From Malacoraja senta (Eukaryota), in the NCBI GenBank assembly GCA_038087875.1, contig CM075977.1, forward strand, positions 17,670,001 through 17,734,000: 64,000 bases of DNA, in the 5' to 3' direction. Shown here one piece after another: positions 23,292 through 35,150 of this stretch (positions within the stretch are counted from its first letter, which is position 1; each line of letters begins with the position of its first letter). A program made the translations under genes and the position numbers. Under the pieces are notes generated by a model. It saw only the letters and a program-made list of their open reading frames with translations. It had not been told where the DNA came from and ran no database searches.

Positions 23292-24940
23292 CTAGACGAA
23301 ATGGGACCCATTGGGTCCAGTCCCCTCAACGCACGTTTGCAGGTGGGGGGGTGGGCCTGCGGCATCACACACACGCTAACAACCCCTCCCCGGACACACA
23401 CACACTAACTACCCCCTTGCACACACACACACACACTAGCCATTCCCCTTGATATTACATTAATATTATTCATTGGCTCCTTTTACCCCATCCCCGCCTT
23501 ATCCACTGACGCATAGCCCCCAACTCGCAGGCGTGTCTAGAGAGGGAGGGGGGAGAGAGTGAAGGCAGAGAGAGAGGGGGCAGAGAGAGAGAGGGGCAGA
23601 GAGAGAGGAGCAGAGACAGAGAGAGGGGCAGAGACAGAGAGAGAGGGGCAGAGACAGAGAGAGAGGGGCAGAGACAGAGAGTTAGGGGCAGACAGAGAGC
23701 GAGGGAGAGGGGGGAGAGGGGAGAGAGAGAGGGGGCGGAGAGGGTGGAGAGGAGAGAGAGGGCTGGGGAAATGGATGGGGAGAGAGGGGAGAGGGGTGAA
23801 GAGAGGGCAGAGGGGGAGAAAGGGCAGGGGTAGAGGGAGAGAGAGTGCAGGGAGGGAGCGGGGCAGAGAGGGAGGGGGTAGAGTTTGTGGGGTGGGAGGG
23901 TGCAGCATCACAGAGAGGGAAGGGCAGAGAGGGGGCAGGGGGGGAGACAGGGCAGGGGACAGGGAGGGCAGAGGGAGCGAGAGGGCAGATGGAGAGGGAG
24001 GGCAGAGGGAGAGGGAGGGCAAGGGCAGAGATGGGGCAGGGACAGAGGGGGGGCAGGGGCAGAGAGGGGGGCAGAGGCAAAGTGCAGAGGCAGAGGAGGT
24101 AGGGGGGCAGAGAGGGAGCGGGAGGGGGCAGAGAGGGAGGGGGTAGAGTTTGAGGGGTGGGGGGCGCTCGCAGCATCACAGGGGAGGGCTGGTTCCCGAA
24201 CGCAATACCCCCTCACTCCAGCTCCAGCTCTGGGCTCCAGCTGCTCCAGCTCTGGGCTCCAGCTACTCCAGCTGCTCCAGCTCTGGGCTCCAGCTGCTCC
24301 AGCTCTGGGCTCCAGCTGCTCCAGCTCTGGGCTCCAGCTGCTCCAGCTCTGGGCTCCAGCTACTCCAGCTGCTCCAGCTCTGGGCTCCAGCTGCTCCAGC
24401 TCTGGGCTCCAGCTACTCCAGCTTTGGGCTCCAGCTGCTCCAGCTCTGGGCTCCAGCTGCTCCAGCTGCTCCAGCTCTGGGCTCCAGCTGCTCCAGCTCT
24501 GGGCTCCAGCTACTCCAGCTTTGGGCTCCAGCTGCAGGCTCCAGGCTCCAGAGTGAGGCCAGGGGGGGAGAGAGAGTCTTCAGCTATGATCTTTGGTTTT
24601 CAGTCCACGGCCCGACTTGCTCGTTCTTTGTGCATCTCTTTTGAATAACCGGAGGGAGAGTTGCACGTGGAAGATGGCAGCAAGCAGAGCCATTGTGACA
24701 TCATCAGCGGAAGAGCAGGTTTATTTTCAAAGTTATTTCAGATTTGTGAACATTTTCATAAATAATTCGAGAAATAAAGCTTGAAATTTTCAGATAAGGC
24801 GATTTCGGACTCCAGGGGGGTAAATCTCAATTGGAATATGTGAAAATGTTACCGTTAGCGCTTTGTTTTTTCGAGAAGATGTGATTACACAAACACACAC
24901 AGACAGACATACGCATCCAAGATCAGAGTTTTATAGTTAT
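23292..24940 (-). mobile_element. Non-autonomous Helitron-like unit 2
   Basis: 3' CTAG|T at 23292-23295, palindrome GGACCCA-T-TGGGTCC at 23304-23318, 5' end ATAACTATAAAACTCTGATCTTG; internal GA-rich and CA microsatellites. Confidence 0.78.
24217..24551. repeat. Compound minisatellite of CTCCAGCT units (9- and 13-bp periods)
   Basis: (ctccagctg / ctccagcta / ctccagctctggg)n. Confidence 0.95.
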
Positions 24941-24941
24941 A

Positions 24942-25009
24942 CTAGACCAAGTGGGTCCCATCCCCTCAATGGGGGTGGGGGCGGCCTGCGGCTTCATACA
25001 CACAACTAA

Positions 25010-25043
<34 letters not shown>

Positions 25044-25641
25044 CAATCCCCCCACACACACAGACACTAGCCAACCACCTCCACACACACACTAACCATC
25101 CCCATTGATATTCTAGACTGAGGTGAGAAAAAACGTTTTCACCCAGAGAGTTGTGAATTTATGGAATTCCCTGCCACAGAGGGCAGTGGAGGCCAAATCA
25201 CTGGATGGATTTAATAGAGAGTTAGATAGAGCTCTAGGGGCTAGTGGAGTCAAGGGATATGGGGAGAAGGCAGGCACGGGTTATTGATAGGGGATGATCA
25301 GCCATGATCACAATGAATGGCGGTGCTGGCTCGAAGGGCCGAATGGCCTCCTCCTCCACCTATTTTCTATATTAATATTATTCATTCACTCCTTTTACCC
25401 CATCCCCCGCCTATCCACTCACGCATAGCCCCCAACTCGCAGGCGCGGCTAGAGAGGGAGGGGGGTAGAGAGAGAGGGACACAGCGGCACAGACAGGGAC
25501 ACAGAGGCACAGAGAGGGGCACAGAGAGGGACACAGGCACAGAGAGGGACACAGAGGCACAGAGAGGGACACAGAGGCACAGAGACACACACACACACAC
25601 ACACACATACACACAAGATCAGACTTTTAAAAGTTATATGA
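24942..25641 (-). mobile_element. Non-autonomous Helitron-like unit 3
   Basis: 5' TCATATAACTTTTAAAAGTCTGATCTTG, 3' CTAG at 24942-24945; 25371-25465 matches 23459-23553. Confidence 0.75.
25113..25370 (+). mobile_element. CR1 3' end nested in Helitron unit 3
   Basis: Matches the reverse complement of ~14900-15090; splits gatatt..attaatatt, which is contiguous in unit 2. Confidence 0.9.
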
Positions 25642-26419
25642 ATGATATGATGACAAGGATTTGGACAGATATTAGGATAGAAAGGAGATATGGGTCAAAT
25701 GCAGGCCAAAGGGAATGAGCCCAATATGCCAACTTGGTCAACAAAGACAAGTTCGGCCAATGGGGCCATTCTCCATGCTGTACAGCTTAATAATTCTATA
25801 AACCATACCTATATAGTCAGAGATCTGTCCGTCTCAGTCCATTGGATATAACAAATGCAGTTTGGATGCCCTCACTGCTGTGTTAAATCTCATAAATAAT
25901 ATTAGAAAATAGTTTCACCTGCAACAAGATTTCTGCAATGATTTCTACAATTATTGGATGAAAAGAAAATGTACCTGGATAATTTAGTTACTCAATTTTG
26001 GCATGCCAAATTGAATGTTCTAAAGCCGAATCACAATTTATGAGAGAGAAAAAATGCAAAACTGGGATGCCCTTGCTTTAAGAGATCCTTATCATGTTTC
26101 ACCACTGCAAGTGAAACCCAAGCACCATGTTTCACTGAATGTAATACATGGTGGGCAAGCAGCAGCTGCACTGCACTTGTGAAGCATCAACACCAGAATC
26201 GCAACAGTTCAGGGAGGCATCTCTACATCAGCTACTCAATGGTATTTAGTAATGAGCAATAACTGCTGGTTCCTGAACATTGAATACATTAATAAAGTAA
26301 CTGTAATAACAAAATATTGGCCAGTGTGTTCCTATCCCTGGGTTTTAAGAGAAGTTGATGAGAATATATTGCAGACCAACTTAACCAGATCTTCCGAAAT
26401 GTTCACAATTAGAGACGTT

Positions 26420-27890
26420 TTTTGCAACTGGAAAATTCACATGTAATAGCTAAATAAAAAAGGGTAACAGGGGGAACCATGGAATTGCAGCCCAGTTGAC
26501 CCGACAGCTCTTGCTGGAAAATTACCTGTCAATATTTAACGATGGAGTCATAAAATATCAATCAGAATGAACCAGTATGGAAGTCAATGGTAGGCACAAG
26601 GAACTATAGATACTGATTAACAAAATCACAAGGTGCTGGTGTAATCAATCAGACAAAGGGTTCTGACTCGAAACTTCACTTATCCATGTTCACCAGTGAT
26701 GCAGCCTGGAGTAACCAGCTGAATTACTCTATCACTTTGTGCCTTTTTCTGGTGTAACTCAGCAGGTCAGGCAGCAGGAATTGAATGGATTAGGCCAATC
26801 TTAATGAATTGAATTAAATTTTTTGAAGCTTTGACTAAAGCAGAAGACAGGCATGACAATTATGTTATTTACCTGGGTTTCGAGAAGTCATTTTGATTTG
26901 AAGGGCTGATGGGCATATTCCTGTGCTCTAATGTTATGTTGAAAGATAGTCAACTGAAGTTGAAGCCAATGAACTTGACAGCAAATTATTGACCTGGCTG
27001 TGAAATTCACCAAGCATTCAGAGATTGAAGGGCCTGTCCCACTGTACGAGGTAATTCAAGAGCTCTCCCGAGTTTAAAAAAAATCAAACTCGTGGTAAGT
27101 ACGTAGAATGTACGTAGCGGCTACGTCGGAACTCGTGGATGTCCCGTAGTGGCTCGTAATGCTAACGGCAGGTACTTGGGAAACGGGGAAACACGTGAAG
27201 TTTTTTCAGCACTGTGAAAAATGTCCACGAGAGCCCCGAGCACCTACGAACGGCTATTACCGTAATTCTCCGAGTTCGAATCAGGGGAAACTCGGAAGAA
27301 CTCTTGAATTACATCGTACAGTGGGACAGGCCCTTTAGAGTGCATTAACAGATAGAAGATGTCATTAATCGGTATTCTGATATTCTGTGTATGTAATGTA
27401 TTGTGTTTATAAACAAATTAATGATGGGATAGAAAGCCACACCCAAGTTTGTTGAAGACAGTAAGATAAGAAACACAGAAGAATAGTTGAATTTAAAGAG
27501 ATAGCAAAGAGTCATAAAGTCCAACAGCACAGAAATAGGCTTTTCAGCTCAAATCATCTGTGCCATCCCAAATGTCCATCTAGGATAGTCCCATATGCCT
27601 GCACTTGGCCCATATGCTCCAACCCTTCATATTAATATACCTGTCCAAATGTCTGTTAAATGTTATCATGGTACCTACTTCACTTGACAGTGCAAGCGAA
27701 AGAGCTAAATTTTAACAAATAATTTGTAATGTAGGCAAGTGTGAAATCATTCACTTTTGACCTTAAAAGTGCAGATTAGAAAACCTGCAGAATGCTGAGA
27801 GACATGCAGTCCATGAGTAGATGATCAAAAGGTTAAATAGAAGAAAGCACAAAATCAAAAATGCCAGTGAATTGCTAGAGTCTTTGTCCA
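26420..27890 (+). mobile_element. Very old CR1 RT fragment carrying several nested insertions
   Basis: Decayed VIYLGFEKSFD, KFVED and KCEIIHF motifs. Confidence 0.5.
27029..27334. mobile_element. PIF/Harbinger-like MITE, second family, ~47-bp TIRs
   Basis: agggcctgtcccactgtacgaggtaattcaagagctctcccgagttt versus aaactcggaagaactcttgaattacatcgtacagtgggacaggccct; flanks TGA/TTA. Confidence 0.87.
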
Positions 27891-29349
27891 GGCAACATGT
27901 ACAATTCCAAATCATTCTCATTTATGGAATGCTCTGCATTGTCATTTGAACAACTCAGGTTAGCCAAGTAAAACTCTGAGAAAGATTTCAAGTCAAATTT
28001 AATATTGTATCTTAAAAGGCCTCTAGGAAATTCTAAAACATTTTATAACTCTTTATGGAACAAGAAATAATCAAGTAGTTTTCACTTTTCATTTTTTTAA
28101 TGGGTGGATATTAGGTGCAACATTCTGCCAACTTAATTTAATGGAGAGTTAAATTGGCACATGGGACCTCCGTTTCATGATTGATATGAATGTACTGACA
28201 TATTATTACTTCAGAAGAAAAGAAAAACTCTAAGAAGAATTTATTCTTCAGAAGAAAAGAAAAAAATGCAATACCCAAACAATATGTAGTATATAAGAAA
28301 CTTAAGAACCAAAATGAGAAAAATTAAATTATTTATGGTTCTATAATTCCAAAATGGTTCTCAGTGCATTGAGTGTGCCCCCCCCCCCCCCCCCCCATAC
28401 TCTTTCACTCTCAGAAAGTAAAAATCTCCTTTCAAACAGTTTAATAAAATTGGAGAACAGAATTACGTTTATTAATAATTGATTTCATATAGGCAGGAAA
28501 GAAAATCTACAGACAGATTGCAAAGTCCCCACAAGCTGTTTGGATAGGTTAATGTTCTTTTCAATTTACAAGTAACATTTAAAAAAATAATTACTTAGCA
28601 GAACCTGTCCAGCACTTGTATAAATTAATATTTAGGATACTCTTAAAAATGGGGAATTAGTTAGTGAAATCATTCCTTCACAAGCAAAGCACTACGATAT
28701 AAAAATATTTAAAGAGATCCAGCAGGCTTATATCCTTACTTCTTAACTATTCAATAAAAACATACAAACAAATGATTGAAGCAATGCAGTAATAAATGCA
28801 GTGCTTAACAAACTACCATAAATGCTTTGTTCTTCAAATATGGCAATTACACACAGATACTCTGCATCAGAAATAATCTCCTGCAGTCAAGGGAGAAGGA
28901 GTAAATAAAACTGATGTGTTTTTTTAGTTGAATATTAATTGTGGACCAAGCATAGGAGCAAATAGAATGTGGCAGAGGTAAGGTCTACTATTGTCCATCC
29001 ACCATCCTTAAATGCTCCTTCCTGGTTTAATCTTGAACCTTCTGCATGTACACACAGAGGGCCTGGCTCACGATTCCATTGTACCTGGCAATACCAGCTG
29101 GGAATGGGATAAAATATGTGTGGTACTGAGGTAGAAAATCTCAAAGAAGTCTCCTTTCACTCTTTTTCAATACCTCGATTAGGGATTGTTGGCTGGTCAT
29201 TAGACCTCATCTAAATAGTTACACAGTATCTCAGTTTAACAAACATTTGGCTGTTCGCTTTATTTACTTATTGGGTTGTTAGATACAAGAATTCATGGAT
29301 CTGCATGATATTTTCAATCCATTATTCATTATAGATGACCTATACTCGC

Positions 29350-30010
29350 ACCTCTCTATCAGGACAATTTGGCCATTGCCATAGCAGGTCAACAACATAT
29401 GCTATTTTAGTTCATTCTGGATGCATATGGGTAACAGATATGCATTTGCCAGTCTGCTGCATATCAACCAAGCTCAGACATCAATACAATAATCTTCTCC
29501 ACATCTATCACCAAGCTCCAAGATCTGGGCTGTGTATGACCCTTTGCAAATGGAGCCATGACTTTCTCATCGGCAAAGTTCAATCTGTGTGCATTGGTAC
29601 ACAATTCTTGGCTCAAGCACACACCAGGCATACCAACATCTCTACTTCCTTAGAAATGTTAGGAGGTTCAGTATATCACCAAATACTCTGACAAACTTCT
29701 ACAGATGCACTGTAAAAAGTATCCTGACTGGTTGCATCATAACCTAGGACTACAACTTCAATGCACAGGAATGCAAGAGATTGCAGAGATTGGCGGACAC
29801 AGCCTGGTCCATTACAGGCACAGCCCACTCAACCATTAAAAGCATCTACATGTAGCGCTGCCTCAAGAAGGAGGTATCTATCATCTGGGCCAGATCTTCT
29901 TCTCGTTGACCCGTCAGGCAGGAGATGCAGAAGCCTGAAGACCCACACCACTGGATTCAGGAACAGTTACTTTCTTACAACAATCAGGTATTTGAACTGA
30001 CCTGCACAAC
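29350..30010 (+). mobile_element. Old Rex1/Babar fragment with internal deletions
   Basis: LCKWSHDFL..QSV and PSGRRCRSLKTHTTGFRNSYF motifs. Confidence 0.75.
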
Positions 30011-30571
30011 CATAATCCTACCTCAGAAATGGAACATAATGAACGATTTCTTGCCCAAATTGGGCTCAATTGGCTACCTTCAGTAAGCCATGGATGTCTG
30101 ACACCAGACTCCCAAAACCGATGTTCAGATCTATCAGGGTAGGAAATTACCAGGCAGACAATGAAAAAAAAGATTTAAGGACATGTTCAAAGCTTTATTG
30201 AAGAAATTCAACACCATCACTGATTCCTGGGAGCATATGGCCCATGGAAAATATATGTAGAAAATAAGCTTTTGGAGTCTGTTGAGAACCTCAAGGCCAC
30301 ACATCCATCGTAAGCAGCAGAAGGTTTGCATCACCTCAGAAACTACCACAAACTACAACATTTAAAAGACTAAATGACAGGCACATGGACAGAAAAGGTT
30401 AAGAGGGACATGTACCAAACACAGGCAGGTGGGACTAGTTTAGATGGGGCATCTTGGCCAGCATGGCAAGTTGGGTTGAAGGGCCTGTTTCCATGCTGTA
30501 TGACTCTAAGAAGCAAGAACAGAAGATGTAGGAGGCATTTTGAGGCACCAGGTGACCTACGATATGGAACA

Positions 30572-30676
30572 GAAGGTAGACAAAAATGCTGGAGAAACTC
30601 AGCGGGTGAGGCAGCATCTATGAGCGAAGGAATAGGTGACGTTGTCGAGACAGGTCGAGAACCTTCTTCAGACTGA
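30572..30676 (-). mobile_element. Penelope-type short repeat
   Basis: Same family as 9519-9612; CTGAAGAAGG retained, GAAA disrupted by a small duplication. Confidence 0.65.
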
Positions 30677-33600
30677 TATGGAACAGATACTTCTATTAAG
30701 ACTTGGTCAGATTAGGTCTTATATCCTGCTCTATCTGTGGAAGAATCTGTAGAAGGTTCCCACATTGAGCTACCCATGCATCCACAAAACTGAAGTAGAA
30801 GCAAGATATCTTCAATCACAAGGAACTCCTCAGAAAAAAAATAAGGACCCAGAATTGGAGGATTCTGGGTTACACAGAGGACTATGGGATTGTGGGTGCT
30901 TACATAGAGGGAAGAGGAATAAGTTTGTGAATGAATACAAAAACAGGATGTAATTTTAAAATCAAGATGTGACATGAATGTCGATTAATTATACATACCG
31001 GCACTTTTTAGTCTTCTTAAATCACTGGAAGTGTTTATTTCCATATTACACACAGAATAGCAGATATATTCAAAGTTGAGGCACAAGAGACTACAGATGC
31101 TGGAAACTTGAGGAAGACACAAAGTGCTGCTTAAACTCAGTAGGTCAGGCAACATCAAAGGTGGGTGGGCCAGCAGTGAAAACAATGAGAAAATGAACCA
31201 GAAAGGCCTTTCACCGCCTCAATGTCTAACTTGAATATTTCTTCCAGCTAATGCTTCTGGTTATCCTGTCTTTGCACACCAATGTAAGGCAACACCAGGA
31301 AAGGGGCTTGCCCTTGCAAAGAGTAGCTGATGCAAAAAGATGACAAGCCTGAGATATAAATGGTGCTGAACTTGATAACAAATGAGGATGGAGAGTACTG
31401 AAAAAATGCTCTTCTCTCCAACAGGTCAGCCAGCATCTCTGGAGGACATGCATGGATGTTTCATGTCAGGACCCTTCTCCGGACTGAATATTAGGATAGC
31501 AACCTCAAAAAAGCTCTGCTGTGATAATGGTATTTTAAACAGATACAGGTTGATTGAATTTACAGCAGCATCCAGACTGGTTATACGTCAAATTACTTTA
31601 ACTGTATTCATCTATGTTCTAATGTCAGTAAATAATTATATTGGATTAATGTTATATTATTCATGGGTACATTTTGTACCCTCTGAAAACATTTGTCTAT
31701 TAGTACAGTGAAGAGTGATCTTAAATATTAATGAAATAAAACTTGATGGCAAATATTTAATGTTTGCATTGGAATCTAATATTTGTTAACATAAGCTATT
31801 AAGACTCGTTTATCATGGAAATGCTAAAATTTGAACAGAACAATGTTTCCATGTTTAGATTTATTCAAGAGAGAGTTAGATATAGCTCTTAGGGCTAACA
31901 GAATAAAGGGATGTGGGGAGAAAGCAAGAACGGGCTACTAATTTTCAGCCATGATCATATTGAATGGCCTACTCCTGCACCTATTTTTCTATGTTTCCAA
32001 GCAAGCATTTTCCTCATCCGTTTATCAATGCAAAATGCAAGGATTGAAGTAATGTACAAATGAATGTCCGATATCAATGCATAACATCATGGATACGTAG
32101 CTGAAAAAGTTTAGGCTATAGAGAAAGTGTCAGAGATTGCAGCTAACTGAGAGATCGGTCATTCTTTCAAAAAGTCAGAGAAGCGTGAAGAGCCAGGTGC
32201 CCTCCTTCTGCACTGTACGATTCTTGTGATGAAAATGATACACTGCACTTCTGACTTGTCATCCTCAGAACTCACAATATGGTTTGTCAAATACTTGGCT
32301 TTGACACATAATATTTAATTTTTCAAAGAAATTCTTCCAATCTATCCACAATGGTGCCAACTAATAAAAGAACATGATTTTTCAATCTGCACTCCTTTGA
32401 ATGAAGCTCTACCCAGTATAATTAAGCTATCTTTTCACTGTTTTTGTCACCTGGGGTGATGATTATACTGTTGCTCTTCCTGCTGGAATGAGCTATTCTG
32501 AAACTCCACACAAATATGACCTTGTTGGAAGCCAGTGAGTATTCAAACAGAACAATTCATGGACGAAGGCTTCAATACATTGCAAGATATGGTGGAAATA
32601 TTAGAATATTTGCATAAATTTGGCATAGATAAAATCATTTTCAGATCTAACTGTGGGCTAACTATACAAGTGAACTATCCACATGCATTATTGATAAATT
32701 TGATCATAATCCAGTCTCTAAATTAGAAAGTTATTTATTTAAGATCCATTCTAGGATTTTAACACTAAGCTTAGTCTAATCCTGCAGAATGAATGAACAA
32801 GTCCCCCCATATCAAATCAGTATCAAGTGCTGACTTACAGATTGTGCATTACATTCAATCACTCACATTTGTCTGCTCACTTTGATATAAAAGCTTCCAT
32901 CATACCTCTCAACCAATATAATCTAAATCAAATTATTTTGTTGTGCTTATATATTTACAACTTGACAGTACCCGATTTAGCTATGTGTTTACCAATAGTC
33001 AAGCATAATAGCTTTGGTAAGGTTATGGATGTCAATAGGTTGTTATTTTCTTGCAGATTCCAAAAACATTTCAAGAGTTAAATAATTTCTCTGCTGTATA
33101 TATTAATACAAAATACACTGCACCTGATCCAAAAAATCAGGTCAGAATAATTTCTGCCACAAAAGGCGAAATACTAATAAAATGTAAGTCACTTAAATCA
33201 CGGAGATGGGGGAATATGAATTAGAAGCAATCATAGACCTCACTTCCTCAGGAGATCTTCCCTCCGCAGCTTCATAGGTAACACTGCCCTGTCAGACCCA
33301 TCATATCAGCCCACCCTTACCCCACCAAATTAATTCTTCTCACCTTGGCTAGGATGGGTAGGAGAAAGGGAATATCTCTGACAGGTTGAGACATGGATTG
33401 TTGTGGTGCTAGATTGTTTTTGAAGATATCTGGTTGATAGGTTAATGAGTGCATTATGGAGTGAGAAAATAAGCAATGAGACAAGTTAAATCTGTGAAAT
33501 GCAAATCAGAATTGTTTTAGACAACTAAAACCACTTAAACAAAATTGTGAAAATGCCCAACAGAGCTGATCAAATCTGTGGGTACAGAAAACCTGAATTA

Positions 33601-33729
33601 ATATTGCAGATGATTGTTTCATCTGCATTTTGTGTTTTTATTTCATATTATCAGGATTACAGTTGGGAAGGGGGTGGATGTCCTAAAATACATGTCCTGT
33701 GCCTGAATTGCAGAAAATCTATGAATCAT

Positions 33730-35150
33730 CGTTAGCCATGGGTGAGTTGCCGTTAGGCTGGAAAGTGACTAATGTTGTGCCTCTAGTTAAGAAGGGCTGA
33801 GAAAGAAAAACCTGAGAACTATAGACCAGTAAGCCTAAGATCTGTGGTTGGAAAATTACTGGAGACGTTTCTGAGGGATAAAATAAACATTTGGAAAGTC
33901 AGGGGTTACCTGCCATGGTCTTGTGCATGGGAGATTGTGTCTTACAAATTTGATTGAGCCTTTTGCAGAAGAAACCAAGAAAGTTGATGAGGGCTATAGA
34001 CATAGTCTATGGACTTCATTAATGCCTGCGATAAGGTCCTGCAGAGTAGGCTGCTATGGAAGGTTAGATCGTCCTGGGATCCAGGATGAACTAAGTAACT
34101 GTATACAGAATTGGCTTTATAGAGCTTTCCCGCAACGGCAACTTCTCCCGCCCGAGTTGCGGGGTTGAAGATAACCTGGAGCTGGGTCTAACATCGCCCG
34201 GCGCGGCTTTAATGGCCGCGGGACTTGCTAGCGCTACCGGGGGCTCCAACATCCAGACCCGGAGGGCGGCCTTGCATCGCCTGGCGCGGCTTTAATGGCC
34301 GTGGGACTTATTTTCCATCGCCCGCCGGGGGCTCCGACTCTGACATCGGGAGGAGAATGTGGAGTGCAGGGGAGAGATAAGACTTTGCCTTCCATCACAG
34401 CGAGGAGGAGATTCGCTGTGATGGATGTTTGTGTAAATTGTGTTGTGTCTTGGTTCTTTTTGCTTGTTTGTATGACTGCAGAAACCAAATTTCGTTTGAA
34501 CCTCATTGAGGTTCAAATGACAATAAATGGTATTGTATTGTATTGTATTGTAGTAGGAAGCAGAGTGAATTGGTGGAAGGTTGTTTTTCAGAATCAGTGA
34601 CTAGTGATATGCCTCAGGGCCCATCACTTGGGCCCATCGCTGTTTGGGGTTTATATCAACTAATTTGGATAAGAATGTACAAGGCATAATTAGGGAGTTT
34701 GCAGATGACATTAATGTGGGTGGTATTGTAGACAGTGAAGACGGTTATCAAAATTACAGAACAATATTGATCAGTTAGGCAAGTGTGCTGAGTAACGGCA
34801 GATGGAGATTAATTTAGATAAATGTGAGTGTTGAATTTTGTGGTCAAACCAGGGCAAGACACTCAGAGTGAATGGGGAAAGTTGTAAATCAGATGGATCT
34901 GGGAGTTTAAGTATGCAGTTGCCTGACAGGCATCACAGATGGAATGTATAGTTAAGAAGGCTTTAGGCATGCTGGCCTTCATCAGTCAGGGAATTTAGTA
35001 CATGTTAGACATTATGTTACAGTTATGCAAGACAGTACTAGGCTGCAGTTGGGGGATCGTGTTTAGTTTAGGACACCCTGATATAGGAAAGATGCCATTA
35101 AGCTGGAAAGAGTGCAGAGAAAATTTACCAGGATGTTGCTGGGACTTCAA
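33730..35150 (+). mobile_element. Older CR1 RT fragment
   Basis: NYRPVSL, GRLCLTNLIE.F.E.TKKVDEG and FADD motifs. Confidence 0.85.
34122..34551 (+). mobile_element. GC-rich non-coding retroposon with hairpins and (TATTG)n tail
   Basis: Interrupts the CR1; AATAAA then (tattg)n; related to 48745-49085. Confidence 0.7.

Noticed and set aside
24217-24551. Repeat array superficially like CRISPR
   Set aside because: No unique spacers, eukaryotic context, no cas genes
21931-24648. Long Pro-, Gly- and Arg-rich ORFs (up to 283 aa) on both strands
   Set aside because: They arise from G-rich, GA-rich and CTCCAGCT repeats that lack stop codons; no domain or splice structure
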